This document shows, piece by piece, positions 40,703 to 63,454 of a stretch of DNA of 64,000 bases (positions are counted from its first letter, which is position 1; every line of letters begins with the position of its first letter). Under the pieces are notes generated by a model that searched no databases, had not been told where the DNA came from, and worked only from the letters and a program-made list of their open reading frames with translations. Origin of the DNA: Bugula neritina (Eukaryota; Animalia; Bryozoa); the NCBI GenBank assembly GCA_964035545.1, contig OZ037771.1, forward strand, positions 12,957,133 through 13,021,132. Reading direction: 5' to 3'. The translations under genes were made by a program, and so were the position numbers.

Positions 40703-43700
40703 ATGGCAGGAGAAGCAGTCGGTCCATCTTTTTGTTGTCTGAAATGTGGTAATCCACTAAAGCTAGACGCAAGTCTTGTCGCCGCAACAACACCTGGAAG
40801 GGTTGATAGTAATTTGCTGCAAGAAATTACTGGTTAGTTTTAAATAAAAACTTAAAAGCTGTCACTGGTATATTTGTAATTTAGGGTATTTTTACAAATT
40901 GAAATTGAAGTTGTAAAACTAAATGTGATCATTATTAGTATGAGTATGACTATGTACAAATTGAACGACTAGTAATAGCAGTACTATTGAACCACCACTA
41001 CTACCACCACCACCATTACTACTACTACTAGTTTCTAGTAGTAGTAGTAGTAGTAGTACTTCAACTACCAAATTCAAAACTCAAAGAACAATCACTTAAA
41101 ATTTGTCACAATTACAATAGCATGACACATGGAAGTCACACTCCTTTCCTGTTTTACTATTATAGCAATCACTTAATAGTGCCAGTAGTAGGGCTGCCAC
41201 TACTAGTACTGCTCTATCAGATTCAATATCAGTATGATTGGATTCTTGATTATTCATTGTCACCCAATATTTTGGTTACTGCAACTATGTAATGTTAACA
41301 CTCATACTGCTGAGCTACAGTTTCTATTAGTGTTTGCTAGTCTTAGCTATTAAAAGTAAATTAGATTCATAATGATGGTTACCAGTAAACTTGTAAAAAA
41401 AGTAATGAAATTGTTAAAATTTTGTCACATTTCGTAGTAACTATATTTATGCTAGTTTTATTTATATTTAAATCTATTACTCTTTCTGTGCATCTAAACT
41501 GTAGCATTACATGAAATTTCTTGTAACCTTTGTGAGTTTTGAGCTTCACATAATGTGACTTGTAGCTCCTTTATATAACACTGGAAGCAATATACCTACA
41601 TCAGCTATTCAACCAGATGAAATCACTGTTGAAAACATAGAATACACAAATAATCATGTCAAAAAGTCTTTACTTTCCTCCACTACTAGCAGGTTAGTAG
41701 TTATTTCTGATACTCAAATTTATAGTTTTATATGTCACTGGCATAGGCTTGTTGTACTATTAGTTTGTATTTAATTAAAATCAGTTCTCTCACCCTAGTA
41801 CTATTACATGATACCTTTATGATATTCTAATTATTTCACTTGGGCTGTCACAACAGCACTTCATACTAAATCCTTTTCCAAAGATTAAAAATTTATAAAT
41901 AAAAAACTCGCGGAAGTTTATAGTCACTATCCCTGGGGGAACCCCTGATGGATGGGGTTTTTAAACGTGGGCTAGGGACAATTATTCATATGTGACACAA
42001 GAGCATTTATGACTGGATGCTTTTCCTAACATCACCAATAACCTTTATTGGGTTCGAACCCATGACTTCGTGCTTACTAAACCATGCGCCCTAACCCCTA
42101 GACCACAGCTGCTCCCTTATAAATATTATTTCTAAATTTGTAAAGATTGTAATCAATGATTTGAAATTAGCTTTTCGGCAATTGCTTTTTTCTAAAGACT
42201 TGTTTTGGATTTTTCTGTTTATGTTTTCTACATTGGTCTCAGGTTTTGATGAACTTAAGTGATGAAACGAACTTGCACATTGTTGATATGTTTGTAGTCA
42301 CACAGCTGTGGGAAGTGAAATGGATTTCCTCCTGGTTGGAGAGGTTGGTGCCGAGCAGCATCTCGCGTCAGGTGGTATCGAGCAGCTCATTCGAGTGAGA
42401 ACTCGGCTGTTCGATTTCCTCTCGGAACAAGCCGAGATTGATCACCCTTTGTGTGAGGTGAAGGACTTTTCACATACGAGAAAGGATATTCAGCATATTT
42501 TGCTTAGTTTTAAAATGCTTTTGGTTAAACATTGTTGAGATCATTCGGTGAATTTGTAAATACTAAGTTACAGACCATAATGAATATAATTGTATTTTTA
42601 TATTTATTCATGAGGAATTGCTTCAATCATCGCTTGTGATTGCTTTTAAAATTATGTTTCTAATAAAACATAAAACTACTAGTGCCGACTACAGAAGTTT
42701 ATAAGCATGTTGGTAGAGTGAATGATATTTTGAACTGTTATATTGAAAGATTAAACTTTGAACTTTGCAGGACTGTGCTGAGACAACTCTGGACATGTTG
42801 GGTGAAGAACTGAAGGCTGCCGAGGATGAGTGCACCAGCTATAAGCAGTATCTGGACGAACTGGAGGTCAGCAGCACCCCTTCTGATTCCGAGGAGGACT
42901 ATGAACTCACTCTAAAGCAGGTAGGAACTCACTCTATACTCTACTAGGTAGGAACTCACTCTACACCAGGTAGGAACTCACTCTACACCAGGTAGGAACT
43001 CACTCTACACCAGGTAGGAACTCACTCTACACCAGGTAGGAACTCACTCTATACCAGGTAGGAACTCACTCTATACCAGGTAGACAGCCCGTGCATTTAT
43101 GTTTTGCTATCCGTCTTTATTTCCTGTGATAAATATTCATGGGAATCAAAAAGATTTGTTCTGGCTAATATATATGTGTGCAGGCCTATCATGATGAGGA
43201 GACATATTCAATCATGTGGAGAGAATTCTTTGTGTAAAGTAAGAGAAATAATAATACCAGCATCTGATTGGTGGCAGCACTTTTTTCCCTAAGTACAATG
43301 ATGTTTTATATGAATATGTTGACAAACGGTATAATTCTGATTTGGAATCCCTCTTAGTACTTGAAATCTAAAAAATTAAGTTTAGGCTACATAACAGGCC
43401 CCACGTGTATATTGTATGCACAATGGGTGGTATGCATGTGTGGTGAGACGAGAACTTAACTGTATGAATGCTGTAGTTACTCTTAGTCTCAGTGATTCAT
43501 GGTTTCAGTAACGCAGTACCACTCACACTCAATTGACTAATTATTCTAATAGTTGAAGGAAGAGGAACAACTCCTCCTGAGGAAAATCTCAGATATAGAT
43601 GGTGAATGCAAGAACCTCGACTCCGAGCTGCTCATTGAAGACGGTAAACAGAGAGACCTGAAAGTAGAAGAGCAGGAGTGAGTTGGCAGTTTATCTTCCT

Positions 43701-46700
43701 CCGTATCAGTCAGTCTGTCATCTGCTGCAGATATTGATTGCTAGTGTCATCTGCAGCAGATATTGCTTGCTTTTGTCATCTGCTGCTGATATTACTTGCT
43801 GGTGTTGTCTGCAGCAGATATTACTTGCTGGTGTTGTCTGCTGCAGGTATTACTTGCTGGTGTCATCCGCTGCAGATATTGCTTGCTGGTGTCGTCTGCT
43901 GCAGGTATTACTTGCTGGTGTCTTCTGCTGCAGATATTGCTTGCTGGTGTCATCTGCTGCAGATATTACTTGCTGGTGTCGTCTGCTGCAGGTATTACTT
44001 GCTGGTGTCTTCTGCTGCAGATATTGCTTGCTGGTGTCATCTGCTGCAGATATTACTTGCTGGTGTCATCTGCTGCAGATATTACTTGCTGGTGTCATCT
44101 GCAGCAGAACTGTAGATGTTATTTGCTGGTTTCTGTATTCTACACTTCGCTAGTGCCGATCTGCAGATTACTTTCGTAATGGTTTTAGATATAGCAGATT
44201 TGTCTCCTCGTGATCAGTGTTTTTCTGCAGCAATATTCCTACACTATTTTAGGCTACTAAGAGAATATAATGAATTAAAACGACAAGTATTTGAGCTGGA
44301 AACAGATTATGAAAGGTTTGTGAGTTTCTTGATATTAAAACTAAAGAGATCAACAAATTTGTTGTGTTTTTTGGTAAATGAAGAGTTGATTATAAAGACT
44401 AAGGTAATTGGTGAGGTTTGTTTACTGTAATTATTTTAATTCAACTGAAATGTTTTTGCGATGTTTAGAAAATATTTTCACTACTGTCTTTGTGTTGTAG
44501 TGCAGAAAACCAGTTTAAATATGCTGAAGTGCAATTGGACCGATTAGTCAAACTGAATCCTTTCAACTCTACTTTTCATATCTGGTACAGCGGCCATTTC
44601 GGTACGATAAATGGCCTCAGGCTTGGCAGGCTGCCAAATGTTCCTGTAAGTAGAAGTCATGTGGGTTTGATTCGTTTGCTAGTATGGCTGTGAAATTGTT
44701 CATCGTGCTCAGTATAGTTTATGTTGACACAAATACAGAGCATGTAACCAAAATCAGTAGAGACATGGAAGCTACTTGATTTTACACGAATTTAAACCAT
44801 CCTGGGTAATTTTTATTAATTTAGCAACTCAACACTGACTGGGCATGCTCAGAGTCTTTGATGATGAATGATAAATGTGGTGAATCTTTTGAACAAACTG
44901 AAGGGTTGCTATGGGTTTCTGTATATGTGTGTATGTCTATGTGTACTTCATTGCTAGCGGTATATTTCAGTATATTATAGTCTCTGCAGTGATAATTTGT
45001 AATATGGGTATAAACGGTGTCATGATTTTCTGAAAATTATATAAAGTATACATGTTTTAGGTGGAGTGGAATGAAATAAACACAGCCTGGGGTCAGACAG
45101 TTTTACTGCTAGATTCTCTGGCTAGAAAGTTGAACCTGGTCTTCTTGAGGTATGTCATTGGGTCAGTGGATTTAAGTGAGAACACTTTGATATTATAGAA
45201 TATAGATTATAGAATGTAGAGTATAGAGTATGGAATGTAGATTATAGCATGAAATCCATTAGGGGCAGTAAGTGTATCAAGTATGTAAATATAGTTGAGT
45301 AACAACAAACACTATTACATTATATGCTGTAGTTTTTTTGATGTAGAATACAGACTATAGAATATATTATATATTATAGAATACAGATTATAGAATATCT
45401 TATATAATATTATAGATTATTTATTATAGACTATAGAATATATATTATAGAATATAGACTATAGATTATAGACTGAGGAATATATTTTATAGAACATATT
45501 ATATAATATTATATAATATAGACTATAGAATATATTTTATAGAGCATATTATATAATATTATAGAATATAGAATACAGGTGTAACTAGCAACCTGTACTC
45601 TCCTCTCTTCATCACGTCTGCTTGTGTAATAAGTAAAGGAAAATGTTTATTTTCAACTCTGATTAGCTCATCCTCATTACCAGCCTAGCTTGTTTGCTGA
45701 CGTCGTGAACTCGCTGTCCCTATTTACTCCCATCATTGTAGATACAGACTAGTCCCTTACGGCAGCCACTCTTACATCGAGTGTCTGTCTGACAGAAACA
45801 AGGAGCTGCCGCTATACTGTGCAGGTGGCTACAGGTTCTTCTGGGATAAAAAGTAAGTTTCTCTCCACACTCTGCTACTATTTGTAAATGTTTGCCTAGG
45901 AGTTGTCTATTCCCTGGCTGCTGCGAGCTGAGTGTGAGTCATTGATTAGCTGGTGATGTCAGGAGGGACACTCGCCGTGTCTACATTCTATATGCCATGT
46001 CTACATTCTATATGCCATGTCTACATTCTATATGCCGTGTCTACATTCTATATGCCGTGTCTACATTCTATATGCCATGTCTACATTCTATATGCCATGT
46101 GTACATTCTATATGCTGCTTCATTTTCTGTGCCGCTTCCTTTTATATGCAATTCACCCTCTCAGCAATGTATTTATATGACCTTCTGAGAAGGGCTCTTA
46201 GTAATATGTCTGCTGTTGGCTGTTATCACTGACTGACTACTACTAGACATGATGTTTCACTTTTAACTTTCGCTACAAGTGTAGCATTACACGAGTGAAA
46301 GTGAAATTTGCTGAAGAAAACTTGAAATTCTCTAGAAAAGAAATTGGAAGTAGGTGTTTGTTAGGAAAAAATTGAAAATGAAACTTTAGAATTTTGAAGT
46401 TGAAAGCAATTTTGCTCCCAACTGTAGATATCACCTGTTACCTACTGTATAACATGCTGTAGATATCACCTGCTACCTACTGTATAACATGCTGTAGATA
46501 TCACTTGTTTCCTGCTGTATATACACTGTAGTTGTCCCTTCTATGTTACAGATTTGACCAAGCTATGGTTGCCTTCCTCGACTGTCTGTCACAGTTCATT
46601 GGTCTCATCCTCAAGAGTGACAGTCACCTCAAGTTTCCCTATGAAATGAAAGACGGAGTTCTGAAAGATGCAAACAGCTGCTCCAGTTATTCTATAAAGT

Positions 46701-47103
46701 ATGTTACATGTTCACTTCCTCTACTATGCCAAAGATTACTATATTTTTGACCTTGATTACAAGTTTAAACTCTGTAGATTTCTTTACTTACTCCGTGATT
46801 GAGTTTTACTTCTACATAAAACTTTGAACTTGACGTTCAATTATAATTTAGAGGTTTTTTCAATTGTTGCATTTCCTTTTTATTTTCCAGGCACAAATTT
46901 TAATCAATTGCTAATTGGTTTGACTCTAACTGTTACCAACTAGTGTATTGCTATACTTTAATTGATTATACTTATATTGCCATTCATTCTTTAGAATGCA
47001 GTTCAATTCTGAGGAGCAGTGGACAAAAGCTCTCAAGTTCATGTTGACTAACTTAAGATGGGGCGTCATTTGGGTGTCCTCTAAGTTTGCAAATAATGAT
47101 TAG
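40703..47103 (+). CDS. BECN1: Beclin-1 / Atg6 (class III PI3K complex subunit), 11 exons, 451 aa
   Basis: Exons 40703-40832, 41566-41692, 42298-42457, 42771-42920, 43553-43677, 44253-44315, 44501-44645, 45061-45149, 45742-45852, 46552-46698, 46995-47103; all phases consistent. Hallmark motifs: [28 protein letters not shown], coiled coil, [77 protein letters not shown]. Confidence 0.97.
41902..42116 (-). mobile_element. tRNA-derived SINE, apparently full length, in Beclin-1 intron 2
   Basis: Minus-strand head with A-box-like TGGTCTAGGGG (42095-42105) and B-box GGTTCGAACCC (~42050-42060); flanked by 9-bp direct repeat TTATAAATA (41893-41901 and 42117-42125); homologous fragments elsewhere in the window. 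Confidence 0.8.
42903..43084 (+). repeat. 22-bp minisatellite built on the Beclin-1 exon 4 donor
   Basis: GAACTCACTCTACACCAG|GTAG, 8 copies; the first copy is the exon end. Confidence 0.95.
43715..44110. repeat. 29-bp minisatellite in Beclin-1 intron 5
   Basis: TGCTGGTGTCATCTGCTGCAGATATTACT, about 13 copies. Confidence 0.9.
45190..45575. repeat. Degenerate TATAGAATA low-complexity repeat
   Basis: AT-rich repeated motif in Beclin-1 intron 8. Confidence 0.7.
45974..46115. repeat. 20-bp minisatellite TGTCTACATTCTATATGCC(A/G)
   Basis: About 7 units. Confidence 0.9.
46422..46531. repeat. 35-bp tandem repeat just upstream of Beclin-1 exon 10
   Basis: CTGTAGATATCACCTGTTACCTACTGTATAACATG, 3 copies. 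Confidence 0.8.
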
Positions 47104-47375
47104 TCTGTAGTTTAGTCTTGGGCTAGAAAATTTTTGATAATTATTTTATTGTATAATATATACGAGCTCATTTGTCTTTAATATTATTTTTGAAGAGATT
47201 ATTTTTAATTATATATTTATTTTGATCAATTCTGCATAGCAGTTTATCATTCTGGATTATCAGTGCGGGTAACTTTATGCTTATTTATGAGTCATTTTAG
47301 CTTGTTTCCCAGCATATTTATTCTTTCAAGAAAACAGTTCATTCTGTATTATTCGAGGCGATGTTGATATCTTAA

Positions 47376-47381
47376 AATAAA
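47376..47381 (+). terminator. Probable polyadenylation signal of Beclin-1
   Basis: AATAAA about 270 nt after the TAG stop. Confidence 0.5.
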
Positions 47382-47849
47382 ACTGATGTATCTCTGCATT
47401 CAATTGTATTTTTAACTGATTGAAAAACATGATATCGAATTGCATCGTACACGGTCTAACATAATATAAGGAGTTGCATTACCTTTTATTGCATACGCTG
47501 GCACAATTGGCCGATAAAAGCTGGTCTCGCAAACCGACTCGATGCATCAGTCCTATCGCGTACATTCAAGCACGACTATGGTGACTAGTCGATTTGATTG
47601 GCCAATTGTCAACTAGGCTAATATACCAATTCACAAGTAGGTCGAAATCTTCTCACTGTGAGTTTCAATAAAATCCCAACAGTGAAGTTGACTTAAGTTT
47701 CAACAACAGAGTGATTAACCACTTGTAGTTTTCTTAGAAATTTAAATTTTTCGAAGTCTAGAAGCCAAGTTTTTGATTTACATGGAGATCTAAATTAAGA
47801 ACCAAACAGAGACTACATTTATTATTGATATTCATATTGACAAAAAAAA

Positions 47850-50800
47850 ATGGTGAATTTGTTGATCATATTCTTGGTTTGTGCCACTCACACAGTTTTT
47901 GGTAAGTGATAGCATGTTATTCATAGGACAAAGCTAAGCGGTTTTGACAGTAATCATTCAATTTTGTGGTATAATATGAATTTATTTAAAAAATATTATA
48001 GTTCAATAATCGTAAAGACTAAAGTGAAACTGAAAGTAAAAGTTCAACTTCACTTCTGAAACTCACACTTAGTGAAACTAAAACTGTAAAAGTAAATGTG
48101 ATAGTAACAGTAACTGTAATGAATTAAATTTAAGGAAGTAACAGTAACACTGGCGGAAACCGCAGTGGTGGTTGTTAATATTATTATTATATTGCACTCA
48201 CACCTAATCCTATAATTATTAATAATACTAATAATAATACTATAGTAAATGTAATAGATAGTAATACTGACTAATAGTGATAGTAACTCACGCAACCATG
48301 CTCATAGTCATAGTCAGTTTCGTTATCATAATGATAGTTAGAGAAACTTTGAGTTTCAGTTTGAGTTCATTTTTGACTGGATTAAATAGTTTGTATTTTA
48401 TGTATGCTATGCAAAGCCTTATGATCATCTCGGCCAAATTGCTTTCAAGTTGTTTTCTTACTACTTGTGGAGTTAGTAGTTAGCATTCACTACTTGAACA
48501 TTTTTACTGAGACCAATAGATATTGTTTATATTTGTATACTAATAAATTATATTAATATTACTCGTGTAAAATTTCCTGCAGTTTAGTGACCAACAATGG
48601 TCCTCATTTTTGTTGTTCTCCCAATGTACATTTACATTGTAGTAAATGGCCAGAACATAGGTAAAATCACAGAGCTGTCTGAGCCAGTGGTGGCTAAGGT
48701 TGGAGGGGTTGCATTTGTTAACTGTACAGTCTCTGCACCACAAAGTATAGAAAATAACATTCTGGTAAGTTGATGGTAGTCTGCATGCTGTATAATGTGC
48801 TAGCGATTGCTTGCAGCTTCTTAAATTAGGATAAACTGTAGTTTGTTTATCAAGGCTGATATGTGTGGGTTGTTCAACGCAACTATCGCCAATTTCCTTA
48901 ACTTTAGTGCAATTCATTTTAATTGTCTGCGATTTAGAAAAAAAATATTGCAAAATGTTGAAAGAAAGTCATTCAAACTCGAGAGTTTAGAGTGTAGGAT
49001 AATGCTAAGAATGCTATTACTGTTCAAAAGTATTTCGAAAGGGAACTTTGTGAACAATAATATACGTTTAGTCTTTACACCATAGTAGTGACATGTTTCG
49101 GAAGGTAAAAGAGCAAGTGGTTGCTATACCTTGTTGTGTAAACATTACAGGTGGAGTGGGTTTTCCTCAACGCCACAGACGGTGGTAAGAGTGTCAGCTC
49201 AGATTGTACCATCACCGAGTCCCATAATATCATAGCTGGGAAAAAGAAATACGAGATTTTCTGTGTGGATCTCGATAGTAAGTTTTTGCTTAGATGCTCG
49301 GGAGTTGTTTACCCATGTCTTGTTTTGTAGGGTTTGTCACATGACTAACATTTCAACCTGTTTTTCTGAACATTGTTGTTCTACACTTCAATACCTTTAT
49401 TTGTTATGAACCAACTGGTTTGATTGGCAGTTTATATTCTTAGTTTATTCTGATTTTAAATTTATTTGTGCTCGGTGTATTGAAAATTCAATATAAAGCA
49501 TTAATTGGCTCACAGTGTAATTGCAAAGAGAGGTACTAGAACATCAAGGTGTACAGTACTAGAAAGGTATAGATATTTTATACTAGAATTCTGTCAGTTT
49601 CTGAGTTGATGAATAAAGCAGCTGAGGGTGACAGTTATAAATAAAGATATGCTTCCACACAGTGTGATATGCTGCCACACAAGTGTTTGTGTCGACAGTT
49701 ATTAGTTGTTATGCCTCTCACGTTGATAGACAATGATAAAAGATATGCTCTGAGAGTCAACGCTCTCTCCGTCCCTGACAATGGCCTCTACCAGTGCCGA
49801 GTGAGAATAAGTTCCGAGCAGAATCCTACCGGCAGCATGGCCGTATCATTAACTGTCCTCTCTCCACCCAAGGTATCTGTCTGTCTGTGTGTCTCCACCC
49901 AAGGTATCTGTCTTTCTGTGTGTCTGTGTGTCTCCACCCAAGGTATCTGTCTGTCTGTGTGTCTCCACCCAAGGTATTTGTCTGTCTGTCTGTGTGTCAA
50001 TCTGTTTGTATTGAGTAATAGAACATAATTTTTTACAAAATAATCTAATTTTCCAAATGAAATAAATTTAATGCATGCAATCACTATTAATCATCATTTT
50101 TTTTATTTAGATTGTGAAGTCGTCGTCAGATATAACAGTGTATGGCATCATCAATGGCACAGCCTCCATGCGCTGTGACGGACAGGGAATACCTGGTCCC
50201 AATGTCACCTACGGTAGAGCCAGTGGCCGGCCTCTCCCAAAAGGTCGCTATGAGGTGTTAACCAATAAAACATCAGCAACTACCACTGTAAGTGCATTCT
50301 TTACCTTGACCCACAATTCCTAATCGTGACCCACAAATCAGAGTATAATTTTGTCTGTGTTTAGCTAATTTTATATAGTAAAAGCTTCAACTTGAGTTGT
50401 TTCAATGGATTAGGTTTGTGTAGCCTTTAGAGTAATAACTTTATTGTAAAAGTCACAGAATTTTTGTCCGTGATACTCATAAAAAAATTTTGTCCCGTTA
50501 GATTATAAATATAGTGTAAAAGGAAACAGCTCGCAGCACACCATTTCCTGTGCATTAATTGAGTTAGAGTTGTGTCCACTTGTTGCTTGAGTGTTGAGTG
50601 CTTTCATGGGAATACATTGACTTGGTTGGCAGTTTATTTATATAAGGGGGTGATATAAGAGGTGTCAGATTCCAGTGAAACTTGTTTGACTCTCAGTCTA
50701 TTTCCTGTTCCTTCCTGTACACAGTAGTAGGGGTGTATCTCAACACGTGCCCCGTGTGTTTCTCAACACGTCTCCCGTGTGTGCTCTAGACTACCATGCT

Positions 50801-52177
50801 GAAGCTCTACAACCTGACGAAGGATGACAGAGGTACGTACAGATGCAGCGCTGATAACAACATAAGACCTCCTGAGGATCTTTTCTCCCGGCTCATCATC
50901 GAGTTCAAACCGTCAGTCTCCCTCGTGGAGCCTAGTTACGGATCTCCGACAGGCGAGAACACTCAAGTCATGATGTGGTGCAGAGTAGACGGTAAGTAAT
51001 CCACCATTTCCTGTTGCTGCAGCTCATGTTATGCAACTCGCACGCTTTCTAGTCTGTCTGTTTGTCTTCCGCAGGATACCCGAGGCCTTCTATGACCTGG
51101 TACGCTATGACATCAGCAGATACCCAACAGTTTAAAGCGGGAACTCTGGAGTTGGACGAGAAGTTCTACAGCAATGCCAAGGTCATTTTGACAGACGAGA
51201 AGTACCAAGTCGAGCAGAAAATAATGACTGTCGGGAGTCAGAGTACAATGGACTCCATGTTCTACTCTCTCTCCCTGCAGACGGTCGAGTCGGTGGACAT
51301 GGTGTACTACGTGTGTCGGGCTATGAACACGCACGGTGAAGACGCCCAAGCTGTGCTCCTATATCGTATGTAGATCAGTGGCTAGGGGCTGCTGTATTTC
51401 CCATTTCTTACTAGTCTAGGAGTTGTCTTCACTGTTCATATTGTGCTCTGCTATGCTATTCTGTATGATAGTTTTTCAAAGTCTAAAGCAGATAAGTGCT
51501 GGCCATGGTTTCACAGTGCAATGTTATGGTAGTAATATTTCATTTACCAATATGTTCTTTCATAAAATATCGTGAGAGTTTTCTGTTTTGGTGCGATAAA
51601 TGCATTACTGTATTACTATATTACTGTATTACTATATTACTGTATTACTATATTACTGTATTACTATATCACTGTAATACTAAATTACTGTATTACTGTA
51701 TTACTATATCGCTATATTACTATATTACTGCATTACTATATTACTGTATTACTATATTACTGTATTACTATATTACTGTATCATTATATTACTGTATTAC
51801 TATATTACTGTATTACTATATTACTGTATTATTATGTCACTCTATTACTATATTACTGTATTGCTATATTACTGTATTACTACATTACTATGTCACTGTA
51901 TTACTATATTACTGTATTACTATATCACTATATTACTGTATTACTATATTACTGTATGACTATGTCACTGTATTACTAAATTACTATATTACTGAAATGT
52001 TATATCACTATATCTTTGTATAGTAAAGATGTATTATAATATATGGTTTTGCGTTATATTGTAGCTGTGAATGCATTGGCTGATGAAAGAAATACAGGAA
52101 TGACTGCACTCAGTGAATCCACTTTTATTTTATTTACTCTAACAGCTTTACTCTCGTGGCATCTTTTTATTCGTTAA
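47850..52177 (+). CDS. GPI-anchored three-Ig-domain cell adhesion protein, lachesin/amalgam/IgLON-like, 8 exons, 408 aa
   Basis: Exons 47850-47901 (signal MVNLLIIFLVCATHTVF), 48643-48764 (AFVNCTV), 49151-49277 (VEW), 49730-49872 (DNGLYQC), 50111-50287 (MRCDGQGIPGP), 50790-50991 (DDRGTYRCSADN..MWCRVD), 51075-51365 (GYPRPSMTW..YYVCRAMN), 52065-52177 (hydrophobic tail, no cytoplasmic domain); phases consistent. Confidence 0.9.
49862..49997 (+). repeat. 31-39-bp repeat built on the Ig gene exon 4 donor
   Basis: CTCCACCCAAG|GTATCTGTCTGTCTGTGTGT, 4 copies. Confidence 0.9.
51603..52012. repeat. 8-bp TATTACTA/TATTACTG satellite
   Basis: About 50 units in the last intron of the Ig gene. Confidence 0.9.
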
Positions 52178-52443
52178 TCTTTGCATCTTCTACTGCTAGT
52201 ACTACTACTAGAGACTAATACTATCACCAGTAGTGGTAACTAGTAGTAGTGACTAGTAGTGGTAGTTGTTGTACTTATAATTCAACATTCACTTCCGTAT
52301 ATCTTTTCCTTACCAAAATATGGAGAGACTCTTATGTAATGCATTCCGTAGTTGAACATTCCCAAACAATATGCATTGTATTATACAAGTATTATGTTAT
52401 GATACAGTCAGCTTGCTCTAGCTGTATTCTGTAATTTCCAGAC

Positions 52444-52449
52444 AATAAA
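52444..52449 (+). terminator. Probable polyadenylation signal of the Ig gene
   Basis: AATAAA about 270 nt after the stop, followed by a T-rich tract. Confidence 0.5.
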
Positions 52450-53610
52450 GTTTACATTTTTGTAGTTTTTATATTGTATATATATTATTCAAATATTCTT
52501 AATTAAAATTGTTGAAAATGAACATATGAAATGTTTTTTACTCTATAAATGAATTACAAGTACACTCATGATTTCCAATCTGCTTGTTGTAAAATTTTAA
52601 ACTACAAAATGTTTATATACAGGAAACAAATAGTTTACAGTAACTAGTACAATACATATAATATATATTGAACAAATATTATATATACACTTGCAGTATG
52701 CAAAATTTAGAATGTAATAGAGAAATAGTTGATGCAGTGGCTCACTTCCCTTAAGTCTACCACTCATTATCATTTCTATAGAAGCATTAATGAGTCTATA
52801 TCAACATACAGTATTTGAAGCTGGTATTCATATTAAACCATGCTGCCCGGGCAGCTGCAAAAAGTTACTCATTCTGTAGCTGCTGAAGCAACAGCCGTTC
52901 AATTTTGTTTGAAGTTCCTCTGCATGGTCGAAGCATCTTGCCAAGGTTTGTTGCATAGTGTAGCATATTTCTGTGTAAGGCTACTGACTTATGAATAGAC
53001 TCACAATATACCTCTAGTCCAGTATATTTCTAGACATGACTTATAATTTTGCAGTTGCAAACTAAAGCACAGAATTATCTGATCATGCATATTAAAATAT
53101 GCTGTAATATAATGCACGATAATAAATCACCAAAGAATTTTTAATAAAAAGTTTAGGTGGTGCTCTCACTTTGTGATCTAATTTTTGTTAAAACATCATT
53201 AATTATACTGCGTTTTACCTTTGTTTCTAACTGTTTTTGGTGCATTTATGAACAAAACATACAAGTTTTCTCATCACACTTGGTAATTGTGCACAAAGTA
53301 TGTACAAATGCTCTGACAAAGTCATTTAACAGAGCTTTGCTTTGTGACTAGAAATATAAGTGATGGCCCTGTTGGTGTTTTGTAGGTGATTTAGAATGTA
53401 TGCAGCAGATAATGCACTTTACTTTATAAATAAATTGATTACATACAAAGTGGCTATAGACTGCAGTTTATACGCATGCTCAGTCCATTATCTGCTGTAT
53501 CAAAAGGGTTAATGGAATTTATTTATCCTATGGGCTATGAGAGACTCCAGGTGTTACCATGCAGCGACAAATCAAGGGTTGAGTGAACTGAACGACATCA
53601 CTTCCTAAAT

Positions 53611-63454
<9,844 letters not shown>

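Noticed and set aside
42040-42116. tRNA gene
   Set aside because: A/B boxes are present, but I could not form a complete cloverleaf; it continues into a repeated body with flanking direct repeats, so it is a SINE
43683-44179. Cys-rich ORFs in three frames inside Beclin-1
   Set aside because: Intronic 29-bp repeat; the Beclin-1 exons splice around it in frame
46422-46558. 35-bp repeat as another acceptor-derived array
   Set aside because: Resemblance of the unit (GTAG|ATATCACC) to the real acceptor (ACAG|ATTTGACC) is too weak
51496-52023. Tyr/Ile/Thr-rich ORFs
   Set aside because: 8-bp satellite in the last intron of the Ig gene
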